Assembly (NCBI GenBank): GCA_032250905.1
Contig: JAVVEQ010000010.1
Location: 12,000-75,999 of the forward strand
Reading direction: 5' to 3'
DNA length: 64,000 nucleotides
Source of the DNA: Desulfotignum sp.
Lineage (GTDB): Bacteria; Desulfobacterota; Desulfobacteria; Desulfobacterales; Desulfobacteraceae
Within the stretch, counting starts at the first letter, position 1. Each line of letters starts with the position of its first letter. Positions 32,221 through 41,008 of the stretch are shown here, in pieces. Under the pieces are notes generated by a model. The model saw only the letters and a list, made by a program, of their open reading frames with translations, did not search any database and had not been told where the DNA came from. The position numbers and the translations under genes are program-made.

Positions 32221-33015
32221 TTATTTTAACCCGAATGTCCGGCTTAATTTCTGCCACATACTGGTTTTGTAAACCGGCATTTCAATGGGCACATCTTCCC
32301 CGTTCAACCGCCTGGCAATCTGTCGAAACGCAGCCCCCGCTTTTGAGTCATTCTGCAGCACCAGGGGCGTTCCGGTATTGGAGGAGATCAACACTTTCTC
32401 GTCCATGGGAACCAGTCCCACCAGATCGATGGACAGCACCTCCAGCACATCCTCATGGCTGAGCATTTCGCCGCGCATCACCCGGGCCGGCTCGAGGCGG
32501 TTGACGATCAGCTTGGGATTCAATGACCGGGCATACAGCAGTCCAATGACCCGGTCCGCATCCCTGACAGCCGATACATCCGGGGTACAGATCACCAGGG
32601 CTTCATCCGCTGCAACAACTGAATTTTCAAAACCCCGCTCGATGCCGGCCGGGGAGTCCATGATGATGTAATCGAACCGGGACCGCAACTGTTTGGCGAC
32701 CCGTTCCACGCCGGCGGTGGTCAGTACATCCTTGTTGTCACTCTGGGATGCGGGAATCAGAAACAGATTTTCAATCCGCCTGTCACGAATGGCGGCCTGT
32801 TCCACTTTACAGCGCTCCTGGACCACATCCACGATATTGAAAACAATCCGGTTTTCCAGGCCCATGACCACGTCCAGATTCCGCAACCCGATATCCATGT
32901 CCACAATGGCCACCCGGTTGCCTTCAATGGCAAGGGCAGCTCCGATGGACGACGTTGCCGTAGTTTTTCCCACCCCCCCTTTTCCAGATGTGATAACAAT
33001 AATTTTTCCTTGCAA
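32221..33015 (-). CDS. minD: septum site-determining ATPase
   Basis: SGKGGVGKTT, DIGLRNLD, DSPAGIE and VRDADR. TTG start. Confidence 0.97.
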   Translation of the reverse strand: MQGKIIVITSGKGGVGKTTATSSIGAALAIEGNRVAIVDMDIGLRNLDVVMGLENRIVFNIVDVVQERCKVEQAAIRDRRIENLFLIPASQSDNKDVLTTAGVERVAKQLRSRFDYIIMDSPAGIERGFENSVVAADEALVICTPDVSAVRDADRVIGLLYARSLNPKLIVNRLEPARVMRGEMLSHEDVLEVLSIDLVGLVPMDEKVLISSNTGTPLVLQNDSKAGAAFRQIARRLNGEDVPIEMPVYKTSMWQKLSRTFGLK

Positions 33016-33045
33016 TTCAACACCTCAACTTTTTTAAAGTATGAA

Positions 33046-33735
33046 TCAAACGACTTCCGGCCAGGGCATTTTCCTGAACGGATTGGTCTTCATATAATCT
33101 TGTACCAGGATCGCACCATCCGTGATACTGGCATACACCGGCACCGTCTGGCTCGTCTCTTCACTGCCTGTGGCAGTGAGGGTGGCGATTTTGACAAGCG
33201 TGGGGTCAAAGGCAAGGGCAAAGACGATGGCCGTATCGTTTTCGGGGTTCCCGGCATGCACTTTGCCGGCCAGTTTTCCCAGAACAATGATATCTCCACC
33301 GGCAATAATTTCAGCACCGCGATTCACATCTCCAAAAATCATCACATGTCTGGTGGTTTCGATCTTTTGACCGGACCGGACCATCCCCTTGAGTATCAGG
33401 GCGTTGCTGCGATGGTGGTTCCAGCCCCTGGACAGATCCCTCTGCCGGATTCTCCGGGTGGGTGCTGAGGGTTTCTGAGGAGAAGTCGTCACCCGCCCTA
33501 CATTGAATTTTTCAATCAGCCGGGATTTGATCAGGGAAAAAAATTCCTCATGGCCCTGGACATCCCCCATGTCAATGACGACACTGGCATTGACCGCCAG
33601 ATGCCTTAGTTTTTCGAACAACTTATCAATTTCTGCAATCAGCAGCTCCTGAGGCCGGGAAATATCCAGAGTAACCCACAATCCCCCGCCGACGCCTTTG
33701 AGTTTGACAGGTGCCGCATTTTCAAAATGTATCAT
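33046..33735 (-). CDS. minC: septum site-determining protein
   Basis: C-terminal beta-helix motifs VRSGQ...GDVNRGAEIIAGGDIIVLG...VHAG. First gene of the minCDE operon. Confidence 0.9.
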   Translation of the reverse strand: MIHFENAAPVKLKGVGGGLWVTLDISRPQELLIAEIDKLFEKLRHLAVNASVVIDMGDVQGHEEFFSLIKSRLIEKFNVGRVTTSPQKPSAPTRRIRQRDLSRGWNHHRSNALILKGMVRSGQKIETTRHVMIFGDVNRGAEIIAGGDIIVLGKLAGKVHAGNPENDTAIVFALAFDPTLVKIATLTATGSEETSQTVPVYASITDGAILVQDYMKTNPFRKMPWPEVV

Positions 33736-33784
33736 GATATCGGTTCAGCAAATGCTCTTTTCTCCTGCGTAATAATTGCGCAGC

Positions 33785-33813
33785 AATATATGAGATCCAT
33801 CAAATCCTGTCAA
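33785..33813 (-). promoter_or_regulatory. sigma70-type promoter of minCDE
   Basis: Minus strand TTGACA (33813-33808), 17 nt, TATATT (33790-33785). Confidence 0.65.
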
Positions 33814-33884
33814 GCAATGAATCCCGGGTTAAAAATTACCACCCGCCGGGGCCGCCCTGTTTTAACGGACAGGGTATTTTGGGG

Positions 33885-33912
33885 TTGACACCGGGGAGAC
33901 AACCCCTATAAT
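33885..33912 (+). promoter_or_regulatory. sigma70-type promoter of aroF-aroB
   Basis: TTGACA-N16-TATAAT, both hexamers perfect. Confidence 0.75.
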
Positions 33913-34019
33913 ACGCCCTCAGGAATTGTTCTTATGCATAGAAACAATTGCCGGGGTGGTCTTTTATATTGCCCTCACTTGTAAATGTTGATAAAACGCC
34001 TAAATTGGAGGTTACGATA

Positions 34020-35030
34020 ATGTTACTCGTCATGAAGAAACATGCAACGGATCATCAGGTCCAGGAAGTGGTCGCCGCGGTTGAAAAAAGAGGCTATACC
34101 GCGCGGACTATCCCCGGAGGAGACCGAGTTTCCATTGGGATTCTGTATAACAAGGGCTCTGTGGATGCCGGCCATTTCCTGGGGTTCGATGGTGTAAAGG
34201 AGGTCATTCCGGTGACAAAACCCTACAAACTTGTCAGCCGGGAGTTCAGACAAGAAAATACACAGATTCGTGTCGGAGACGCTGTTTTCGGAAACGGTAC
34301 CATGCCTGTCATTGCGGGACCCTGTGCGGTTGAAAGCCTGGATCAGGTTCTGTCTATTGCAAAAATGGTAAAGAAATCGGGTGCCAAACTTTTCAGGGGC
34401 GGTGCGTTCAAACCCAGAACGTCTCCCTATTCTTTTCAGGGACTTGGACAGCTGGGACTGGAATATTTAACCCGTGTCCGGGAAGAAACCGGCCTGCCTG
34501 TGGTCACCGAAGTGATGGATGTGGAAACGTTCGATATGGTGGAAGCCCATGCAGATGTCATCCAGATCGGTACACGAAACATGCAGAATTTTACGCTGCT
34601 GCGGCGGGCTGGAAAGGCAAAAAAACCGATTATCCTGAAGCGGGGCATGTCCGCCATGCTTCAGGAATGGCTGATGGCTGCGGAATATATCATGGAAGAA
34701 GGAAACGCGGATGTGATTCTTTGCGAACGCGGGGTCCGGACGTTTGTCCGGCACAGCAGAAATACGCTGGACCTGTCCGTGGTGCCGGCAGTGAAAAAAG
34801 AAAGCCACCTGCCCATTATCGTGGATCCCAGCCATGCCGCCGGTGTCAGAGACCTGGTCATTCCGCTGGCCTTTGCATCTGCGGCACTGGGCGCTGACGG
34901 GCTTATGATAGAAGTCCATGATCATCCGGAAGCAGCCTTGAGTGACGGTGCCCAGTCACTTTATCCGGACCAGTTCGAACAAATCATGAAAAAACTGACC
35001 CGTATCCGTAACATTATTGAAGCACCGTGA
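34020..35030 (+). CDS. aroF: DAHP synthase, class I-beta with N-terminal regulatory domain
   Basis: IAGPCAVES, FKPRTSPYSFQG, QIGTRNMQN, CERG, VDPSH and IEVH. GGAGG RBS before ATG 34020. Confidence 0.96.
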   Translation: MLLVMKKHATDHQVQEVVAAVEKRGYTARTIPGGDRVSIGILYNKGSVDAGHFLGFDGVKEVIPVTKPYKLVSREFRQENTQIRVGDAVFGNGTMPVIAGPCAVESLDQVLSIAKMVKKSGAKLFRGGAFKPRTSPYSFQGLGQLGLEYLTRVREETGLPVVTEVMDVETFDMVEAHADVIQIGTRNMQNFTLLRRAGKAKKPIILKRGMSAMLQEWLMAAEYIMEEGNADVILCERGVRTFVRHSRNTLDLSVVPAVKKESHLPIIVDPSHAAGVRDLVIPLAFASAALGADGLMIEVHDHPEAALSDGAQSLYPDQFEQIMKKLTRIRNIIEAP

Positions 35031-36064
35031 TAAAATCCCATCATATCATCGGCCAGCAGGGGTCTTCGGTGATTCATGTGGGCGCCCGCCTGGCAGACAT
35101 TGCCGAATATCTGCCGGATCAGCCCCTGGTGATCATCACCGATAAAAATATCAAGGCCCATTACGCCCGTTGCTTTCCTGAAGCTCCGGTCATATGCATC
35201 GGCACGGGAGAGGCTGTCAAAACCCTGACCACGGTGGAATTCATCTTAAAACAGCTGATGGAACTGGGGTGTGACCGATCGGTTTTCATTCTGGGAATCG
35301 GCGGCGGCATTGTCTGTGATATTACAGGATTTGTCGCATCTATTTTTATGCGGGGAGTGGATTTCGGATTTGTCTCCACTTCTCTGCTTTCCCAGGTGGA
35401 TGCCAGTGTCGGCGGAAAAAACGGGGTGAATGTGTCTGCTTTCAAAAATATGGCCGGGGTGTTCAACCAGCCCCGGTTCGTGGTCTGTGATCCAACAATG
35501 CTTCACACCCTGCCGGCATCTGAAGTTTCCAACGGCCTTGCAGAAATTGTCAAACATGCCCTTATCGCAGATGCCGGCATGTTGACCTTCATTGAAAAAA
35601 ATCGATGCAAGGCGCTGGCCCTGGATCCGGAAATCATTTTTCACCTGGTGTCCAACTCTGTGGCCATCAAGGCCCGGGTGGTGCAGGAGGACGAAAAAGA
35701 ATCCGGGAACCGCCGAAAGCTCAACTTCGGCCACACCCTCGGCCATGCCATTGAAAAGCTGGATCCATCGGGTCATGGCCGGGCCGTGTCCAGAGGCATG
35801 GTGGCGGCCGCACGGTTTTCCAGTGTTAAAGGGCTGCTTTCGGATCATGATACCGACCGGATTATCGATTTACTTCAGGGACTGGGCCTGCCCACAGATC
35901 TGAATTTTGATGCAAAAAAAATATGTGCGGCGGTCCGGCAGGATAAAAAAAAGCAGGGCCAAGGCGTGTTTTTTGTGTTTTTAACCGCCATCGGTGCCGC
36001 GTCCGTAGAAAAAACCCATTTTAATGAAATCAATGTCTTTGTCCAAAGTTGTTTTGTTCCCTGA
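35027..36064 (+). CDS. aroB: 3-dehydroquinate synthase
   Basis: GGGIVCD, SQVDASVGGKNG, GLAEIVKHA and LNFGHTLGHAIE. Confidence 0.96.
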   Translation: MIKSHHIIGQQGSSVIHVGARLADIAEYLPDQPLVIITDKNIKAHYARCFPEAPVICIGTGEAVKTLTTVEFILKQLMELGCDRSVFILGIGGGIVCDITGFVASIFMRGVDFGFVSTSLLSQVDASVGGKNGVNVSAFKNMAGVFNQPRFVVCDPTMLHTLPASEVSNGLAEIVKHALIADAGMLTFIEKNRCKALALDPEIIFHLVSNSVAIKARVVQEDEKESGNRRKLNFGHTLGHAIEKLDPSGHGRAVSRGMVAAARFSSVKGLLSDHDTDRIIDLLQGLGLPTDLNFDAKKICAAVRQDKKKQGQGVFFVFLTAIGAASVEKTHFNEINVFVQSCFVP

Positions 36065-36104
36065 TGAATACAAAACGGTCTTTTTGGCAATTGCCAATTT
36101 TTTC

Positions 36105-36135
36105 TTGACAATTGCATATTAATCCTATTTAATAT
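36105..36135 (+). promoter_or_regulatory. promoter and candidate operator of perR-rbr
   Basis: TTGACA (36105)-N17-TTTAAT (36128-36133), overlapped by the inverted repeat ATATTAA-N6-TTAATAT (36116-36135). Confidence 0.6.
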
Positions 36136-36140
36136 TTTAA

Positions 36141-36605
36141 ATGAATAAAAGAGCGGATTTCAATATGGAGCGGTTCACCCAGTTGTGCAGAGCCAACGGG
36201 CTCAAGGTCACGCCTCAGCGGGTGGCTGTTTACAAAGCACTTAAAAAAGCCCAGGACCACCCGTGCGCGGACAAAATCCATAAGCAGCTTCTCACGGATT
36301 TTCCCAATATTTCCCTGGACACTGTGAACCGGACCCTGCTCACCTTTGCCAGAATTGGAATTATCGATATTGTAGAGGGGCAGGGAGATCCCAGACGATT
36401 TGACCCCAATCTGGAGGCGCATCACCATTTTTACTGTCTGTCCTGCAATACCATCATTGATTTCCATGATCCGGATCTGACACAAATTCAGCTGCCGGAT
36501 GATATCACCCGTTCATTCACAATCACCGGAAAACGGCTGTGCCTGACCGGATATTGTGCCCGATGCCAGCACCTGGCTCCTGCCGGGGTTGCGGCCGTTG
36601 GATAA
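36141..36605 (+). CDS. perR: Fur-family regulator, PerR-like
   Basis: KVTPQRVAV, HPCAD, ISLDTVNRTL, HHHFYCLSC and GYCARC. Immediately upstream of rubrerythrin. Confidence 0.85.
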   Translation: MNKRADFNMERFTQLCRANGLKVTPQRVAVYKALKKAQDHPCADKIHKQLLTDFPNISLDTVNRTLLTFARIGIIDIVEGQGDPRRFDPNLEAHHHFYCLSCNTIIDFHDPDLTQIQLPDDITRSFTITGKRLCLTGYCARCQHLAPAGVAAVG

Positions 36606-36642
36606 CATTTTAAATTTACGAGACCGTTTGAAGGAGAAAAAA

Positions 36643-37218
36643 ATGAGTGCATTAAAAGGAACCCAGACTGAAAAAAATCTTTTAACCGCCTTCTCAGGCG
36701 AATCCCAGGCCAGAAACCGTTATACCTATTTTGCCAGTGCAGCCAAAAAAGAAGGGTATGTCCAGATTTCCGACATCTTTACCGAAACCGCCAATCAGGA
36801 AAAAGAACATGCCAAAAGACTGTTCAAATTCCTGGAGGGGGGAGAGCTTCAAATTACCGCCGCTTTTCCGGCAGGTGTCATCGGCACCACGCTTGAAAAT
36901 CTAAAGGCTGCGGCTGAAGGGGAATCCTACGAATGGAACGAAATGTATCCCGAATTTGCCGCCACTGCCAAAAAAGAAGGCTTTGATGCGATTGCTGCAG
37001 TATTTGAAGCCATTGCCGTTGCTGAAAAACAGCATGACAAAAGGTACAAAGATCTGGCAGCCAATATTGAAGCCGGCAACGTGTTCAAAAAAGACGCGCC
37101 CATCACCTGGCGCTGCCGTAATTGCGGGTACCTGCATGAAGGTACTGAAGCCCCTGAAATGTGTCCTGCCTGTGCCCATGAACAGGCCCATTTTGAAGTG
37201 CTGGGAGAAAACTGGTAA
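36643..37218 (+). CDS. rbr: rubrerythrin
   Basis: AFSGESQARNRY, EKEHAKR, GESYE, AEKQH and rubredoxin-like WRCRNCG...CPAC. Confidence 0.97.
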   Translation: MSALKGTQTEKNLLTAFSGESQARNRYTYFASAAKKEGYVQISDIFTETANQEKEHAKRLFKFLEGGELQITAAFPAGVIGTTLENLKAAAEGESYEWNEMYPEFAATAKKEGFDAIAAVFEAIAVAEKQHDKRYKDLAANIEAGNVFKKDAPITWRCRNCGYLHEGTEAPEMCPACAHEQAHFEVLGENW

Positions 37219-37278
37219 TCCACCACCGCTCCCGGCATATCATTTGATAGTTTGCCTTCCCTGGCCCCGACCCTGTTA

Positions 37279-37304
37279 TTCAGGGCCCGGGGCCTGAATT
37301 TTTT
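37279..37304 (+). terminator. possible intrinsic terminator after rbr
   Basis: TTCAGG-GCCCGGGG-CCTGAA followed by T6. Confidence 0.4.
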
Positions 37305-37355
37305 CAGCTGCGGCCGTCAGACGGACGGTCAAAAACCCGACAATTTATTCACTGT

Positions 37356-37384
37356 TTGACAAATATCTCTGGTGAACCTATAGT
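37356..37384 (+). promoter_or_regulatory. sigma70-type promoter of trxA-trxB-bamD
   Basis: TTGACA-N17-TATAGT. Confidence 0.7.
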
Positions 37385-37454
37385 TATAAAAATGCGCATG
37401 CCCCGTACATGTGCTGCCACACATTAACCCGTAAACAACAATTAGGACACTGTT

Positions 37455-37781
37455 ATGACCGATAAAATCATTGAAATTGACGACGATGGATTTGAAGAAA
37501 ACGTACTGAAATCAGAAAAACCGATCATGGTAGATTTCTGGGCTCCCTGGTGCGGTCCCTGTAAAGCTATCGCACCGACCATTGAGGCCTTGGTAAAAAC
37601 GTATGGCGACCAGATGACATTTGCCAAGGTCAATGTGGACGAAAATCCCCTCAGCCCCAGCAAGTATGGCGTTCAGGCCATTCCCACCCTGATTTTTTTC
37701 AAAAACGGTGAAATCGCCGACCAGATTACCGGCATGGTTGCCAAGGAAAAACTGGAACAGACCATCAAAAAAATTCTGTAA
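37455..37781 (+). CDS. trxA: thioredoxin
   Basis: DFWAPWCGPCK and IPTLIFFKNG. Confidence 0.98.
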   Translation: MTDKIIEIDDDGFEENVLKSEKPIMVDFWAPWCGPCKAIAPTIEALVKTYGDQMTFAKVNVDENPLSPSKYGVQAIPTLIFFKNGEIADQITGMVAKEKLEQTIKKIL

Positions 37782-37793
37782 GGAGATCATGGA

Positions 37794-38720
37794 ATGCCTG
37801 CATTCGACTATGATCTGGTAATTATCGGTGCCGGTCCGGCCGGACTTACGGCCGGACTTTATGCTGCCAGGGCCAGAATGAATGTGCTACTCATTGAAAA
37901 AGCCGTTCCCGGTGGTCAAATCATTGTCACCGACTGGATTGAAAATTACCCGGGATTCCCGGAAGGAATCAGCGGATTTGATCTGGCGGAAAAAATGAGA
38001 GTCCAGGCAGAAGCCCTGGGTTTGAACATGGAGACCGCGGAAGTGCACTCCCTGAACCTGACCAGGGATGTCAAAGAAGTGATGCTTAAGGACAAGACAA
38101 TTACCGCCAAAAGTCTGATTATTGCCTCGGGTGCTTCTCCCAAAAAACTGGGGATCGGAGAAGACCGGTTTATGGGCAAGGGAATCTCTTTCTGTGCCAC
38201 CTGTGACGCCCCGTTTTTCAAGGAAAAAACCGTGGTGGCCATCGGGGGCGGAGATACGGCGGTTCAGGAAGCGATTTATCTGACTAAATTTGTTAAAAAA
38301 GTGTATCTGATCCACCGCAGGGATGAGCTGAGGGCAACCAAAATTCTTCAGGAACGGGCGTTTGCCAACGATAAAATCGAAATTCTGTGGGATACCGTCG
38401 CTACCGGCGTCGACGGGTTTTTCGGGATCGAAGGTGTGCATGTAAAAAATGTCAAAACCGGAGAGGAAAAAACCCTGAAAGCCAACGGATGTTTCATCTG
38501 GGTCGGAATTTTGCCCAACACCCAGTTTTTGAATGATTCGGTCGACATCGATGCGTACGGATTCATCCATGCGGATGCTAAAATGCAGACCAGTGTCCCC
38601 GGGGTTTTTGCCGCCGGTGATGTCAGAGACACGCCATTGCGGCAGGTTTCGACAGCCGTGGGTGATGGGGCCATTGCCGCGGTTTCCGCAGAACACTATA
38701 TAGAGAATGAATTCAAATGA
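37794..38720 (+). CDS. trxB: thioredoxin-disulfide reductase
   Basis: IIGAGPAG, SFCATCD, GGGDTA, HRRDELRA and FAAGD. Confidence 0.97.
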   Translation: MPAFDYDLVIIGAGPAGLTAGLYAARARMNVLLIEKAVPGGQIIVTDWIENYPGFPEGISGFDLAEKMRVQAEALGLNMETAEVHSLNLTRDVKEVMLKDKTITAKSLIIASGASPKKLGIGEDRFMGKGISFCATCDAPFFKEKTVVAIGGGDTAVQEAIYLTKFVKKVYLIHRRDELRATKILQERAFANDKIEILWDTVATGVDGFFGIEGVHVKNVKTGEEKTLKANGCFIWVGILPNTQFLNDSVDIDAYGFIHADAKMQTSVPGVFAAGDVRDTPLRQVSTAVGDGAIAAVSAEHYIENEFK

Positions 38721-39376
38721 AACAATTTCTTTGCCTGATATGCCTGGCTTTCCTGATATCCGGATGCGCCCTGTTCGAGAGCCCCCGAGGGATGGAAAAA
38801 ACCGCGGATCAACTGGCTGCTGAAGCTTCCTCCGCATTTATGCGAGGAAAATACAAGGCGGCGATCACCGCGTATACTGACCTGAAGGACTGGTTCCCTT
38901 TTTCACGGTATGCCATTCTGGCTGAATTGAAAATTGCGGATGCCCATTTCAATCTCAAGGAATATCTTCAGGCCATTGCGGCGTATGAACAATTCGAAAA
39001 TCTGCATCCAAGGAATGACGCCATTCCATACGTCATCAATCAAATCGGCCTGAGCTGGTTCAATCAGATGGACACGGTGGACCGGGACATCACCGCGGCG
39101 AAAAACGCCATGACACATTTCAAACGCCTCATGGAGCAGTTTCCGGAAAGCGAATACGCCCGGGAGGCTCCGGAACGTATCCAGGCCTGCATCGACAAAA
39201 TCGCCGGCCATGAGCTGTACGTGGCAAAATTCTTAATGAAGACCGGACAATACCTGGCAGCGTTGAACCGGTTTGAGCACATTGTGGAATATTACCCCGG
39301 TACCCCGCAGAGTGAAATTGCATTGAGCTTGATTTCGGAATGTGCAGCTCTGGCGGAAGATGCCAAAAAAGATTGA
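38717..39376 (+). CDS. bamD: outer-membrane assembly lipoprotein BamD
   Basis: Lipobox ISGC, TPR-like helices, FPFSRYA, HPRND, VDRD and HELYVAKF. Confidence 0.88.
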   Translation: MKQFLCLICLAFLISGCALFESPRGMEKTADQLAAEASSAFMRGKYKAAITAYTDLKDWFPFSRYAILAELKIADAHFNLKEYLQAIAAYEQFENLHPRNDAIPYVINQIGLSWFNQMDTVDRDITAAKNAMTHFKRLMEQFPESEYAREAPERIQACIDKIAGHELYVAKFLMKTGQYLAALNRFEHIVEYYPGTPQSEIALSLISECAALAEDAKKD

Positions 39377-39383
39377 TTTTTCC

Positions 39384-39412
39384 TTTACTTTTTTACCGAA
39401 CAGGGGTATAAG
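39384..39412 (+). promoter_or_regulatory. sigma70-type promoter of rpmB
   Basis: TTTACT-N17-TATAAG. Confidence 0.55.
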
Positions 39413-39460
39413 TTTCAGGTTTTGATTTTGATAAAAATATTATTTTGGAGTATTGATAAA

Positions 39461-39655
39461 ATGTCAAAAGAATGTGCTATTTGCGGCAAAAGACCCTTGG
39501 TGGGGAACCGTGTCAGTCATGCCCATAACCTGAACAAACGGCGCTTCAATCCCAATCTGCAGCGGGTTCGCGCCCTTATCAAACCCGGTTGTGTCAGAAA
39601 AATCGACGTATGTACCCGTTGCATCAAAGCCGGCAAAGTGACAAAGGCTGCCTGA
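39461..39655 (+). CDS. rpmB: 50S ribosomal protein L28 (Zn-ribbon, C+ form)
   Basis: [10 protein letters not shown]...GNRVSHAHN...RRFNPNLQ...[17 protein letters not shown]. Confidence 0.97.
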   Translation: MSKECAICGKRPLVGNRVSHAHNLNKRRFNPNLQRVRALIKPGCVRKIDVCTRCIKAGKVTKAA

Positions 39656-39658
39656 TAT

Positions 39659-40978
39659 CTAAAGCATTTTTGCCGCCAGTTCCGCCAGTTCGGAACGTTC
39701 CCCTTTTTCAAGATTGACATGGGCATAAAGGGGCTGCCCTTTCATTTTTTCGATGATATAGGCCAGCCCGTTTGTCTGACTGTCCAGATAGGGATGATCA
39801 ATCTGGAAAATATCCCCGGCAAAAACAATTTTAGTGCCTTCTCCGGCCCGGGTAATAATGGTTTTTACCTCATGAGGTGTCAGATTCTGTGCCTCATCCA
39901 CAATGAAAAACACCCGCACAATGGATCGCCCCCGAATATAGGAAATGGGGGTGATCACAATTTTTTCATCCTCCAGGAGTTCCCGGATCTGTTTGGCCTG
40001 TGAATTCTGCTCGTTGAAATGGTTCTGAATCACAGTCAGGTTGTCAAACAACGGCTGCATATAGGGGTCCAGTTTGGAGGCCACGTCTCCTGGAAGGAAG
40101 CCCAGATCTTTGTTGCTCAAAGGGACCACCGGTCTGGCAACAAAAATCTGGCGGTAAAATTGTTTTTTTTCCAGGGCCGCTGCCAGAGCCAGAAGTGTTT
40201 TGCCGGTGCCGGCCTTACCGGACACGGTAACCAGTGGAATCTCCGGATTGAGCATGGCATGAAGTGCAAACGTCTGCTCTGCATTTCTGGGTTTGATGCC
40301 ATAGCTGACTTTAGTCTGTATCAATTTAATGGTTTGATGCTGCCCATCGTAAACCGCCAGTGCGGAGTTGGACCCATTCTTTAAAATGAGATTTTCGTTG
40401 GTATAAAAGGGCCTGTCCATACCTAAAACAGATGCCGGCACTTCAAACGGTTTTTTGTACAGGGCATCAAAGACCGGGGATGGAACCTGCTGCACGACCT
40501 CAAGACCGGTGTACATGTCTGACAGGTTTTCAACGAATTTCGAATTGTAATTTTCCGTTTTCAGCCCGATCGATCTGGCCCGAAGTCTCAGATTCACATC
40601 TTTGGTGACAAAAATGACCTTTTGGAACTGATGTTTTTTGGCCACCGTATAAGCGATATTCAAAATTTTGATATCTGACGTGATCTCCGTGAAATTTTTC
40701 TTGATCAGTTCATCCAGCGGCACATCCAGACAAATGGAAATCGCACCTTTGCCATCTTCGATGGGTACCCCGCCGTCGAACATTTTTTCACTGGACAAGG
40801 CATCCAGCGTTCTTAAAAAATCTCTGGCATTACAATTGATAACATTGTTTCCCTTTTTGAATTTATCCAGTTCTTCGATCACTGTGATAGGGATATAGAT
40901 ATCATTATCCTTGAACTGGTGAACACATCCACTGTCATGAAGGATAACGTTGGTGTCCAGAATAAAGATCTTTTTCAT
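39659..40978 (-). CDS. PIN + PhoH-family ATPase (PhoH2/YlaK type)
   Basis: FILDTNVILHD PIN start, GKAGTGKT, LGFLPGD, YIRGRS, DEAQNLT and ERSELAE. Confidence 0.93.
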   Translation of the reverse strand: MKKIFILDTNVILHDSGCVHQFKDNDIYIPITVIEELDKFKKGNNVINCNARDFLRTLDALSSEKMFDGGVPIEDGKGAISICLDVPLDELIKKNFTEITSDIKILNIAYTVAKKHQFQKVIFVTKDVNLRLRARSIGLKTENYNSKFVENLSDMYTGLEVVQQVPSPVFDALYKKPFEVPASVLGMDRPFYTNENLILKNGSNSALAVYDGQHQTIKLIQTKVSYGIKPRNAEQTFALHAMLNPEIPLVTVSGKAGTGKTLLALAAALEKKQFYRQIFVARPVVPLSNKDLGFLPGDVASKLDPYMQPLFDNLTVIQNHFNEQNSQAKQIRELLEDEKIVITPISYIRGRSIVRVFFIVDEAQNLTPHEVKTIITRAGEGTKIVFAGDIFQIDHPYLDSQTNGLAYIIEKMKGQPLYAHVNLEKGERSELAELAAKML

Positions 40979-41008
40979 TCATATCTCCGGATAAAAGAGC
41001 CACCATGG

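Noticed and set aside
33924-33949. Imperfect hairpin in the aroF leader as an attenuator
   Set aside because: No aromatic-rich leader peptide and no U-tract after the stem.
39461-39655. Zinc-ribbon L28 as a finding
   Set aside because: The C+ form is common, so it was recorded as a feature only.
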